Of a stretch of DNA of 46,649 nucleotides, positions 9,758 through 18,425 are shown one piece after another. The first letter of the stretch is position 1. The number at the start of each line of letters is the position of its first letter. Origin of the DNA: an uncultured Candidatus Saccharibacteria bacterium (GTDB lineage Bacteria > Patescibacteriota > Minisyncoccia > 2-02-FULL-40-12 > GWA2-44-9); NCBI GenBank assembly GCA_964488565.1, contig CAZAUE010000004.1, positions 1 to 46,649 of the forward strand. The letters are read 5' to 3'. The translations under genes and the position numbers were made by a program. Below the pieces are notes generated by a model. The model did no database searches. It had not been told where the DNA came from and saw only the letters and a program-made list of their open reading frames with translations.

Positions 9758-9881
9758 TTGTAACTCCCAATATTTAAAAAGTAAAAAACTGCTTAATAAC
9801 ATACATCAATATTGGCAATGTGTCAACAACAGAATCCTTGTGAGCTTCTGTGCCAAACAACGAGAGTTTATCCACTTTACC

Positions 9882-9909
9882 ATTGACACCTTTTGACACT
9901 TTTTGATAC
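9882..9909 (+). promoter_or_regulatory. 28-bp motif with three 10-bp-spaced TTGAYAC repeats, copy 1 (promoter/operator)
   Basis: ATTGACACCTTTTGACACTTTTTGATAC, identical to 15546-15573; contains TTGACA and ends 10 nt before ATG 9920. Confidence 0.75.
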
Positions 9910-9919
9910 TTTTAATGTA

Positions 9920-10165
9920 ATGAGCGAAATAAAACCAAATGAAGTCTATACCACCAACGAAGCCCAGTCTTTGCTTAAGGTAAGCAATAGTACTATCAAA
10001 CGACTCTTAAAAGGCGGAATTCTTAGGGCCAACAAAGTTGGCGGGCAATACAGAATTATGGGTAAAGAAATTTTGCGAGTTATCTCTCCCACAGCAGAAC
10101 GAAAGGCTGTTAATCTTTATCAAAAAATTAGAAAAAAAGTTAAAAATAAAGTAAAAACTTGGTAA
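9920..10165 (+). CDS. excisionase/MerR-like (HTH_17) small DNA-binding protein
   Basis: YTTNEAQSLLKVSNSTIKRLLKGGILRANKVGGQYRI is a typical HTH_17 pattern; start revised to ATG 9920. Confidence 0.85.
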   Translation: MSEIKPNEVYTTNEAQSLLKVSNSTIKRLLKGGILRANKVGGQYRIMGKEILRVISPTAERKAVNLYQKIRKKVKNKVKTW

Positions 10166-10167
10166 CC

Positions 10168-11949
10168 ATGATAAACATAAAAAAAATATTCAGAGTTGGG
10201 AGAAGACTGTTTGGAACTTTTAAGCGCTACAAACTAAAATTTTCCCTAATCATTATTTTAGGTTTTTTGGCAGGATTATCTGGAGCTTTTGGTGTGGGAA
10301 CATTGATTCCTCTTTTTTATCTTCTAACTGGTCAAGAACCGGAAGGTCTTGATTTTATAACACGGACATTAAAAACAGTATTAGAACTTTTTAACATACC
10401 GTTCACTCTCCCCTTCTTGATTTTACTTGCCATAGTTCTATTCATAGCAAAGGGCGTAATACAATTTCTGGCAAAATATCTGAATCAGAAAATCTCTGCA
10501 GATTACGAAAATACCATACGAACCAAATTGTTTAAAAAAACATTAATGGCATCCTGGCCATATCTTATTGAACACAAAATCGGATTCTTAGAAAGAGTTT
10601 TGATAAAAGATACCTATGTTGTGTCTGGTGTCATAAACCAAATCAGTAATTTATTTCTCATTTCCACAAGCTTTATTACCTATGCACTAGTTGCCTTTAA
10701 GATATCCGCCCCAATCACACTTACGACTTCTCTATTTGGAGTAGTATTACTGATTACATTCCGACCATTTTTAAATAAGATAAAAAGATTATCTCAAAAT
10801 ATTGCAGATTCCGAAAAACAAATGGCCCACTTCCTAAATGAAAACATTCTCGGCTCAAAGATGATTAAGACATCCGCCGTGGAAGAAAAAGTCATAAAAC
10901 AGGGTCAAACATACTTCCAAAAATATAGAGACGATCGCCTAAAGATAGCATTCTATCAAACCTCTATCGGCTCAGCATTTGAACCAATTAGTTTTGCCTT
11001 TATTGCCTCTCTAATGTTCTTTTATTATCGTTCTCCGTCATTTGAAATTGCCTCATTCGCGGTAATAATATATTTAATTCAAAAAATATTTTCATTCATT
11101 CAATCGGGACAAAACCTAATTCAAGACATTGTTTCAACCATTCCATATCTTCAATCTATTTCTCGCTACAGAAAAGAAGTTGCATTGAATCAGGAATCAA
11201 AGGATGGAACGAATTTTGTGTTTAACAATAAAATTGAATTTAAAAATCTGAAATTTGCCTACAATAAAGAAAAAAGTGTTTTGTCTGATATAAATTTCGT
11301 CATTAATAAAGGCGAAATGATTGGACTCATTGGTCCATCTGGCTCTGGCAAAACAACGATAGCCGACTTATTGATGAGACTCTTTAACCCTGAAGCTGGA
11401 GAAATTTATGTGGACGGTAAAAACATAGCCGAAACAAAACTTCAAAGCTGGAGAAAAAACATAGGATACATGCCACAAGATGCATTCTTGTTGAATGACA
11501 CCATAGAAAATAATATTAAATTTTACAACAAATCCATGACGGAAAGTGAGGTTGTTGAGGCGGCCAAAATGGCAAATATCTATGACTTCATAAAAGAATC
11601 TCCCGCCGGACTAAAAACACATATCGGAGAAAGGGGAATTAAAATTTCCGCTGGACAACGACAACGAATCGCCCTAGCAAGAGCTCTTGCCCGTAATCCA
11701 AAAATATTAATACTTGATGAAGCAACAAGTGCACTAGACAATCAGTCTGAATTAATGATACAAAATACCATTGAGCACTTGAGAGGAAAGACGACGATTT
11801 TGGTTATCGCCCATCGATTATCAACTATAACCAATTCGGACAGACTCCTTGTTCTTGATAACGGAAAGATAATTGAAGAAGGTACTCCTGACAAACTTCT
11901 TGCAGATAAAGACTCTCATTTTTATCAAATCTATAACATCTTAAAATAA
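10168..11949 (+). CDS. ABC transporter ATP-binding/permease fusion (MsbA/PglK-like glycolipid flippase)
   Basis: N-terminal TM domain; Walker A GPSGSGKT, signature ISAGQRQR, Walker B ILILDEATSALD, H-loop IAHRLST. Confidence 0.9.
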   Translation: MINIKKIFRVGRRLFGTFKRYKLKFSLIIILGFLAGLSGAFGVGTLIPLFYLLTGQEPEGLDFITRTLKTVLELFNIPFTLPFLILLAIVLFIAKGVIQFLAKYLNQKISADYENTIRTKLFKKTLMASWPYLIEHKIGFLERVLIKDTYVVSGVINQISNLFLISTSFITYALVAFKISAPITLTTSLFGVVLLITFRPFLNKIKRLSQNIADSEKQMAHFLNENILGSKMIKTSAVEEKVIKQGQTYFQKYRDDRLKIAFYQTSIGSAFEPISFAFIASLMFFYYRSPSFEIASFAVIIYLIQKIFSFIQSGQNLIQDIVSTIPYLQSISRYRKEVALNQESKDGTNFVFNNKIEFKNLKFAYNKEKSVLSDINFVINKGEMIGLIGPSGSGKTTIADLLMRLFNPEAGEIYVDGKNIAETKLQSWRKNIGYMPQDAFLLNDTIENNIKFYNKSMTESEVVEAAKMANIYDFIKESPAGLKTHIGERGIKISAGQRQRIALARALARNPKILILDEATSALDNQSELMIQNTIEHLRGKTTILVIAHRLSTITNSDRLLVLDNGKIIEEGTPDKLLADKDSHFYQIYNILK

Positions 11950-11953
11950 ACTC

Positions 11954-13180
11954 ATGAAAAAAAATATTTCGTGCCTAATTTGCTCATCTCCCTTATACCA
12001 ATTTATTGATTTTGGAAAAATGCCTATCGCTAACGGTTTTCTTTTACCGAAAAACTTCAAAAAAGAATACTTCTTCAATTTAGGCACGGCTTTCTGTTCC
12101 AAATGCGCCATGGTTCAATTAACTGAATTTGTGGACCGAGAAAAAATGTTTCATGAAAACTACGCCTTCTATTCTTCCACCTCCTCACGAATGGCACAAC
12201 ACTTCAAAGAATTTGCAGAAGATGTGATGACAAGAAACAAAAGCAAAAAAATATTTGTGGTTGAGGTGGGAAGCAATGATGGAATAATGCTTAGGAATTT
12301 TTCAAAAAAGGGAATAAAACATCTTGGAATAGAACCCTCCGCTAACGTGGCTCGAGTGGCCATTTCAGAAGGCATAAATACAACAACAGAGTTTTTTGAT
12401 GAAAAGTCGGCCGAAAAAATAATATCCGAATACGGCCAAGCTGATTTCTTTTTAGGGGCAAATGTAATGTGCCATATTCCCTATATTCATTCTGTGGTGG
12501 CGGGAATTAAAAAACTCTTGAAACCCAAAGGACTTCTCATGTTTGAGGACCCATATCTTGGCGACATAGTTCAAAAAACATCCTACGACCAAATATATGA
12601 TGAACATGCTTTTTACTTTTCAGTAACATCTGTAGGCAATTTAATGAAAATGCATGGCCTTGAGATTATTGATGTGGTTCCCCAAGAAACTCATGGCGGA
12701 TCAATGCGCTACGTAATTGGACATCAAGGTGCGCATAAAATAAAAATTGCTGTTTCAAAATGGCTTAAGAAGGAAAAAGAATTAGGATTAAGCAAAGCAA
12801 AGACATATGACACTCTTAGAAAAAATATAGAAAAATCCAGAAAAGATTTAGTGTCCATACTCACAAAGCTAAAAAAACAAAACAAACGAGTGGTCGGATA
12901 TGCTGCCACCTCAAAAAGCACAACAATCACTAACTATTGCGGAATCACTTCTGACTTGGTGGAATTCATAAGCGACACAACCCCAATTAAGCATGGCAAA
13001 TTTAGTCCAGGAACACATATTCCCGTGAAACCCTATGAAAATTTCAAAAATAATTACCCAGATTACGCAATACTTTTTGCATGGAATCACGGCAAAGAAA
13101 TCATGGCAAACGAAAAAGACTTCACGAAGCAAGGTGGTAAATGGATTACCTTCGCCCCCGCTCCGGTTAAAATACTTTAG
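11954..13180 (+). CDS. NDP-hexose C-methyltransferase (TylC3/EryBIII/NovU family)
   Basis: CxxC...CxxC zinc motif, EVGSNDG, YDQIYDEH, THGGSMR, YAATSKS, DTTPIKHGKFSPG.HIPV, LFAWN. Confidence 0.88.
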   Translation: MKKNISCLICSSPLYQFIDFGKMPIANGFLLPKNFKKEYFFNLGTAFCSKCAMVQLTEFVDREKMFHENYAFYSSTSSRMAQHFKEFAEDVMTRNKSKKIFVVEVGSNDGIMLRNFSKKGIKHLGIEPSANVARVAISEGINTTTEFFDEKSAEKIISEYGQADFFLGANVMCHIPYIHSVVAGIKKLLKPKGLLMFEDPYLGDIVQKTSYDQIYDEHAFYFSVTSVGNLMKMHGLEIIDVVPQETHGGSMRYVIGHQGAHKIKIAVSKWLKKEKELGLSKAKTYDTLRKNIEKSRKDLVSILTKLKKQNKRVVGYAATSKSTTITNYCGITSDLVEFISDTTPIKHGKFSPGTHIPVKPYENFKNNYPDYAILFAWNHGKEIMANEKDFTKQGGKWITFAPAPVKIL

Positions 13181-13192
13181 GGTCATCTATAG

Positions 13193-13235
13193 GTAACTAT
13201 TTCAAAACCGCCTAAGGCGGTTTTGAAATAGTTAC
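13193..13235. terminator. perfect 20-bp inverted repeat, probable bidirectional terminator
   Basis: GTAACTATTTCAAAACCGCC-taa-GGCGGTTTTGAAATAGTTAC between convergent genes. Confidence 0.75.
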
Positions 13236-13251
13236 AGTTTTAAAATTTGCT

Positions 13252-14640
13252 CTATATTGATGTAACTGTAAATGTTCCACTACTTGTAAAAGTATGGATT
13301 GTATTTCCCCCAGAAGTCGTAATTGTCCCACCAGTAGCAGTCAATGAACCTGTCGGATAAGCTATTATAACAACACCATCTCCCCCTTTTTGTTCCGTAC
13401 CAGAATCCCTAACACCACCAGAACCCCCACCCAAACCATTTGTGCCTGCGGTTGGACCAGTTCCACTATAACCACCATTTCCGCCGCCACCAGCTCCGCC
13501 TGTTCCAGAGAAACCACTTGTTTGGTCGTTTCCTCCTCCACCACCACCCGCATAAGTAACTGCTGTACCACTAATTGAGTTAGAAATACCAGCACCTCCG
13601 TTCCCAGGAGGCGTTAAGGCATCTGCACCAGCAGCATTTGCTCCGCCACCACCGCCACCAGCATATCTTGAAGAAGCAGAATTACCACCAAATCCACCAT
13701 TACCACCCTGACTTCCTGTTCCTCCGGCTGCACCATTACCTGAAGAAGAAGTTGTAGCTCCACCTCCACCACCAGAACCTCCGTTGCGTCCCGCCGTTGC
13801 AACTCCACTAACTAAAGCTCCGCCACCACCGCCACCAGTGACAGTTATGGTGCCAAAGATGCTATTACCACCATCATTACCCACAGCATTTGCAGTGCCC
13901 TGTCCTGCTCCACCCAAACCAACCGTAACTGAATATGTCTGAATTGAGACAGTATAAGCTGAGTCATATTGATAACCACCGGCTCCGCCACCACCGCCAC
14001 CACCGTTACCTCCACTACCGCCGCCGCCCACCACAAGAACACTGACAGGCGCTTGTGCTGTTGTAAAAGTTGTCCAACCAACCCCATTATACCCCCTGAA
14101 TTTATTTAAAGTCGTGTCAAAATATATCTGGCCAGTTCGAGGATTAGAAGGCGCGGCAGATTTAGATGCAACGACAATTGAATCTCCACCAACAACAAGT
14201 TCTCCTGTACCAGTCGGATTTAAAAATAGTGATTGATTGGTACCAGTCGCTGATACCGTGTTAGCTATGATCTGTGTGGCCTTAACTGTGCCATTAACAT
14301 CAATACTCTGTGTGGGACTGTTTGTGCCGACACCTAATCTTTTGTTGGTGTTGTCCCAGAATAGATTTGAATTATCTTGAGATATTGATGCTCCAGAATA
14401 AAACAGCAATGATCCATTTGTAAACGAACCATTGCCCGTCCCCCCTCTTGAGACCGACAAGAGTCCCGACCAACCCAACGAATGAATGTCGCTGGCTGAA
14501 CTAATGGTCACATTGTTATCATTTGAAAATGTCTGGGTGGCACCTGTCTGACCATTAAGAGTTTGTACCACTGCCCAGGCAACTCCGCCAGACACCAAAA
14601 GCATTACTAAAACCGAAAGAAAAATTTTTAATTTTTTCAT
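13252..14640 (-). CDS. secreted glycine-rich protein with phage-tail-fibre-like motifs
   Basis: Signal peptide (…VAWA); VSRGGTG, LFWDNTNKRLGVGTNSP and GQIYFDTT..F.GYNG..W motifs; C-terminal polyglycine domain bounded by VLVVGGGGSGG and GGDGVVIIAYP…HTFTSSGTF. Confidence 0.75.
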   Translation of the reverse strand: MKKLKIFLSVLVMLLVSGGVAWAVVQTLNGQTGATQTFSNDNNVTISSASDIHSLGWSGLLSVSRGGTGNGSFTNGSLLFYSGASISQDNSNLFWDNTNKRLGVGTNSPTQSIDVNGTVKATQIIANTVSATGTNQSLFLNPTGTGELVVGGDSIVVASKSAAPSNPRTGQIYFDTTLNKFRGYNGVGWTTFTTAQAPVSVLVVGGGGSGGNGGGGGGGAGGYQYDSAYTVSIQTYSVTVGLGGAGQGTANAVGNDGGNSIFGTITVTGGGGGGALVSGVATAGRNGGSGGGGGATTSSSGNGAAGGTGSQGGNGGFGGNSASSRYAGGGGGGANAAGADALTPPGNGGAGISNSISGTAVTYAGGGGGGNDQTSGFSGTGGAGGGGNGGYSGTGPTAGTNGLGGGSGGVRDSGTEQKGGDGVVIIAYPTGSLTATGGTITTSGGNTIHTFTSSGTFTVTSI

Positions 14641-14698
14641 AATTTATTTTTTGTTAATTATTTATATTTTATAATATCGACCAATTATACTAATAATC

Positions 14699-14772
14699 GT
14701 ATCATAATATTTTGATACCTTAATCGTTGTTTCTATCTTTCATGTTGCATATTTAAAAAAATGTGGTACTAT
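14699..14772. promoter_or_regulatory. divergent promoter region with an imperfect palindrome
   Basis: GTATCATAAT/ATTTTGATAC (14699-14718, 1 mismatch); TTGCAT (14745-14750)-16-TACTAT (14767-14772) with extended TG. Confidence 0.45.
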
Positions 14773-14807
14773 TTGTACATTGTTTTTTGATAACATGGGA
14801 GACCAAC

Positions 14808-15497
14808 ATGAACAAAGAACGTTTCGGAAACATACCCCCAAACATTGTGTTGTGGGGTGGAAGTGGTTTGGCTGTTATGTTGCGACAGACCATAGAAACT
14901 TATGGTTCAAAAATCACAGCCATCATTGAAGACAACCTGTCAGAAGAAAGATTAATAAAACTTTCTGATTGTTTCCCCCACTCCAAAATCTTGGATAGTT
15001 CTAATTTATCTGACTGGCTACAAAGCCAAAACAAAACGAGTTTAGGATATCACATAACGATAGCGGGAATGAATGGTCGTAAAAAACTACTAAAAGCCTC
15101 CTATATGGAAAGTTTGGGCCTGAAACCCGTTACAGTTGTTCATCCAACCGCATTTGTTGCAGACGATGCTGAAATCGGAGATGGAACTTTTGTTGATGTT
15201 CAGTCTATTGTAATGGCAAAAGCAAAAGTTGGAAAACATTGTAATATCGGACCCAACACCAATATTTCTCATGATGATATTATTGGGGATGCATGCGACA
15301 CCAGTGTCCACACAACCATATGTGGAAATGTAACGATAGGTATTAATGTTTGCATGGGTGCTAATGTGACAATTCAGCCATGGCTATCCATCGGAGATGA
15401 TGTAATGATTGGGACAGGAGCTGTGGTAACTAAAAATATCCCCAGCGGAGAAATATGGATTGGATTCCCTGCAAAATTTTATAAGAAACAATCATGA
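14808..15497 (+). CDS. NeuD/PglD-family sugar acetyltransferase (left-handed beta helix)
   Basis: WGGSG N-domain; VVHPTAFV; hexapeptide repeats; ISHDD; IGTGAVVTKNIP..EIWIGFPAK; GGGAG SD supports ATG 14808. Confidence 0.85.
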   Translation: MNKERFGNIPPNIVLWGGSGLAVMLRQTIETYGSKITAIIEDNLSEERLIKLSDCFPHSKILDSSNLSDWLQSQNKTSLGYHITIAGMNGRKKLLKASYMESLGLKPVTVVHPTAFVADDAEIGDGTFVDVQSIVMAKAKVGKHCNIGPNTNISHDDIIGDACDTSVHTTICGNVTIGINVCMGANVTIQPWLSIGDDVMIGTGAVVTKNIPSGEIWIGFPAKFYKKQS

Positions 15498-15504
15498 TTT
15501 TAAT

Positions 15505-15528
15505 GCCCCGCTCAAACGGGGCTTTTTT
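15505..15528 (+). terminator. intrinsic terminator
   Basis: GCCCCG-ctcaaa-CGGGGC-TTTTTT. Confidence 0.8.
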
Positions 15529-15545
15529 ATTATTAACAAAACCTT

Positions 15546-15573
15546 ATTGACACCTTTTGACACTTTTTGATAC
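15546..15573 (+). promoter_or_regulatory. 28-bp TTGAYAC x3 motif, copy 2 (promoter/operator)
   Basis: Exact copy of 9882-9909; TTGACA-18-TACCAT with extended TG; ends 12 nt before ATG 15586. Confidence 0.75.
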
Positions 15574-15585
15574 CATGAACTTATT

Positions 15586-16350
15586 ATGAAAACTGGGCAA
15601 AAAGAGATAAAAATCTGGGAGGGTGTGTATAAAAACTTCAAAGAAACGGGTGTTAAAAATGATGTTTTTAATGAAGAGGCTTGGGTTTCTAATTCTTTAA
15701 AAAAATTAGAAAAAATAGTCCGAGACAGAAGCGGAAATTATAGTGAGAACTTAAACCAAGACGCCCTGCTTCCCCTATTAACAGCTTCTATTCTATCTAC
15801 AAATAAAAAACCCACGGTACTGGATTTTGGGGGAGGATTAGGGATTAGCTACGCACAGATATTAAAAAGTGTTGGAAAAGCAGAAAATGTTAAGTTTTTT
15901 ATTGTAGAAAAAGAAGCTGTCTGCAAGGCCGGCTCCAAATTTTTCAAAAACAACAAACAGGTAATTTTTTTGAATTCTTTGCCTAAAATTAAAAAGATTG
16001 ATTTAATACACCTGCGTTCCTCCCTTCAGTATATGGAGGATTGGAAAAATGTTCTGGCGAAGCTGGTTGAGTATAAACCAAGTTTTTTCCTGTTTATTGA
16101 TCTCTTTGCTGGAAACGTACCGACATATGTAACCTTACAAAACTACTACGGCAAAAAAATTCCTTGTCAATTTCTGAACATTAATGATGTTATTAAGGAA
16201 ATGAAGAAAAACGGGTTTGAGGTTTTATATAAAGCACCTTTCCCAAGCACATTTTTTTGTAAGTTAAGCGATTTCCCCCAGTCAAATCTACCTACCAAAT
16301 ATAGAGTAAAGAATTCCTACAATATCTTATTTTTCAATAAAAATAACTAA
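15586..16350 (+). CDS. putative SAM-dependent methyltransferase (TIGR04325-like)
   Basis: WEGVYKNF, VLDFGGGLGISY, SSLQY, VTLQ; paralogue of 26723-27556. Confidence 0.7.
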   Translation: MKTGQKEIKIWEGVYKNFKETGVKNDVFNEEAWVSNSLKKLEKIVRDRSGNYSENLNQDALLPLLTASILSTNKKPTVLDFGGGLGISYAQILKSVGKAENVKFFIVEKEAVCKAGSKFFKNNKQVIFLNSLPKIKKIDLIHLRSSLQYMEDWKNVLAKLVEYKPSFFLFIDLFAGNVPTYVTLQNYYGKKIPCQFLNINDVIKEMKKNGFEVLYKAPFPSTFFCKLSDFPQSNLPTKYRVKNSYNILFFNKNN

Positions 16351-16353
16351 CCC

Positions 16354-17460
16354 ATGAAAAAAATACGATTAGCCGATCCTTGGATAACAAAACATGAAAT
16401 AGACACAGTAACCAAAGCCATGAAAACCGGATGGACTAATTTTGAATATGTTGAAAAATTTCAGAAAGAATTTGCAACTTATCATGGTCGCAAATATGGA
16501 ATCATGACGCCAAATTGCACCTCGGCCATGCATTTATTATTATTGGCCTTAGGTATTAAAAATAATGATGAGGTTATTGTACCTGAGTGTACATGGACAG
16601 GAAGCTCAGCTCCAATAACCTATGTTGGGGCAAAGCCGGTTTTTTGTGACATAGATGAAACAAATTGGTGCCTTGACCCAATATCAGTAGATAAAAACAT
16701 CACAAAAAAAACAAAGGCCATTATCGCAATCGATCTTTATGGAAACATGCCTGACATGAAAGCTCTCACCAAGATTGCAAAAAAACACAAAATATATTTA
16801 ATTGAAGACGCGGCAGAAGCGCTTGGTTCCACATATAAAAACATTAAGGCTGGTAAATTCGGAATCGGTTCGGTCTTCAGTTTTCATCGCACCAAAACAA
16901 TAACTACGGGTGAGGGAGGAATGTTACTATTGGATGACAAGAAACTTTATGAGAGGGCTATGTTTTTGAGGGACCACGGCAGAAGTAAAACTATCCCCTA
17001 CTGGATTGAAGAGGCTGCGCCAAAATATACACCTTTCAATATTCAAGCCGCCATAGGTTATGCTCAATTTCAAAGAATCAATGAGCTGGTCGGAAAAAAA
17101 AGACAAATACTGAAGTGGTACAAAAAACATCTTGCGAACTTAAAAGACATCCAGCTCAATCAAGAAACTAAAGACATTAAAAACGGAGCTTGGATAACCG
17201 CATTGGTATTCGGCAAGTCATATGGCCCGAACAAGAAAGCAGTAATGGCCTCAATAGAAAAACAGAACCTCCCCGCAAGACCATTTTTTTATCCCCTATC
17301 CTCCATGCCTGGATATTCCAAATTTAAAACAGGAGGTAAGACAAAAAATCCCGTCTCTTATGATGTTTCCGAAAGAGGTATCATACTTCCGGCAGCATTC
17401 AATCTGGATGAAAATGACATAATAAGATATTGTAAAGCAATTAAAAAAGCACTCTTATGA
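16354..17460 (+). CDS. DegT/DnrJ family aminotransferase (perosamine synthase-like)
   Basis: NCTSAMHL, DLYGN, IEDAAEALG, SFHRTKTITTGEGGM, RPFFYPLS. Confidence 0.88.
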   Translation: MKKIRLADPWITKHEIDTVTKAMKTGWTNFEYVEKFQKEFATYHGRKYGIMTPNCTSAMHLLLLALGIKNNDEVIVPECTWTGSSAPITYVGAKPVFCDIDETNWCLDPISVDKNITKKTKAIIAIDLYGNMPDMKALTKIAKKHKIYLIEDAAEALGSTYKNIKAGKFGIGSVFSFHRTKTITTGEGGMLLLDDKKLYERAMFLRDHGRSKTIPYWIEEAAPKYTPFNIQAAIGYAQFQRINELVGKKRQILKWYKKHLANLKDIQLNQETKDIKNGAWITALVFGKSYGPNKKAVMASIEKQNLPARPFFYPLSSMPGYSKFKTGGKTKNPVSYDVSERGIILPAAFNLDENDIIRYCKAIKKALL

Positions 17461-18425
17461 AAAATATTAAAAAACAATCAGAACCAAAAAGAATAGTCGT
17501 CACGGGAGCATTGGGGCATATCGGTTCAAAGGTAATTCGTGACTTCACGAAAGCCTTTCCCAAAACCACAATAGTCATGATTGATAATCTTCTGACCCAG
17601 CGATATGGCTCGCTTTTTAAGTTACCCACAAAAGGTAAGTATAAATTTATGAGCAACGATCTTTTTGAGCTTGATTTAAAAAAAGTTCTTCAGCCCAAAG
17701 ATGTTGTCCTTCACCTGGCCGCAATCACAGATGCTGCGGGAAGTTTTACCAACCTAAAGGAGGTGGAGCGAGTAAACTTTGTTGGCACAACAAAACTCGC
17801 TGATGCTTGTGCTAAGGTGGGTTGTAAATTGATTTTTCTATCCACAACAAGTGTGTATGGGACACAAAAAAATCTGGTTGATGAAAGTTGTCCAAAATCT
17901 GAACTTAAACCACAAAGTCCATATGCGGAAAGCAAGCTTAAAAGCGAAGAATATCTAATAAAAACAGGGAAGAAGAACAAATTAAAATTCGTAATTTGTA
18001 GATTTGGAACCATATGCGGAATTTCTCATGGTATGAGATTCCACACCGCAGTTAATAAGTTCTGTTGGCAGGCCGTTATTGGTCACCCACTTTCAGTATG
18101 GAAAACAGCTCTCCATCAAAAAAGACCCTACTTAACACTAGACGATGCCTCTAGAGCAATCCAGTTTATTATAAAAAATGATCAGTTTGACCGAAATATT
18201 TATAATGTGGTAACCGACAATTTATCCGTACACAACATTGTCAGCTTGGTAAAAAAACATATCCCGAGTGTTAAGGTTGAGCTTGTTGATTCGCCAATTA
18301 TGAATCAGCTCTCCTATGAAGTTTCCCCCGCCAAGTTTATAAATTTAGGATTTAAATTTTCCGGTAGTATTTCAAATAACGTGCAGGATACAATCAAAAT
18401 CCTGCGCAAATCTAACGATGTCTAA
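17457..18425 (+). CDS. NAD-dependent sugar epimerase/dehydratase (extended SDR)
   Basis: TGALGHIG, HLAAITDA, STTSVYG, YAESK, RFGTI. Confidence 0.85.
   Translation: MKNIKKQSEPKRIVVTGALGHIGSKVIRDFTKAFPKTTIVMIDNLLTQRYGSLFKLPTKGKYKFMSNDLFELDLKKVLQPKDVVLHLAAITDAAGSFTNLKEVERVNFVGTTKLADACAKVGCKLIFLSTTSVYGTQKNLVDESCPKSELKPQSPYAESKLKSEEYLIKTGKKNKLKFVICRFGTICGISHGMRFHTAVNKFCWQAVIGHPLSVWKTALHQKRPYLTLDDASRAIQFIIKNDQFDRNIYNVVTDNLSVHNIVSLVKKHIPSVKVELVDSPIMNQLSYEVSPAKFINLGFKFSGSISNNVQDTIKILRKSNDV

Noticed and set aside
9868-9876. DnaA-box-like TTATCCACT
   Set aside because: Single 8/9 match with no cluster or oriC context
9920-10165. Prophage or ICE excisionase
   Set aside because: No integrase, tRNA/att site or phage genes; the gene is coupled to the ABC transporter and looks like a local regulator
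13365-14087. Alternative-frame ORFs and GGN/CCN repeats in the Gly-rich gene
   Set aside because: By-products of polyglycine codon bias
9882-15573. 28-bp repeats as CRISPR repeats
   Set aside because: Only two copies 5.7 kb apart, no spacers and no cas genes
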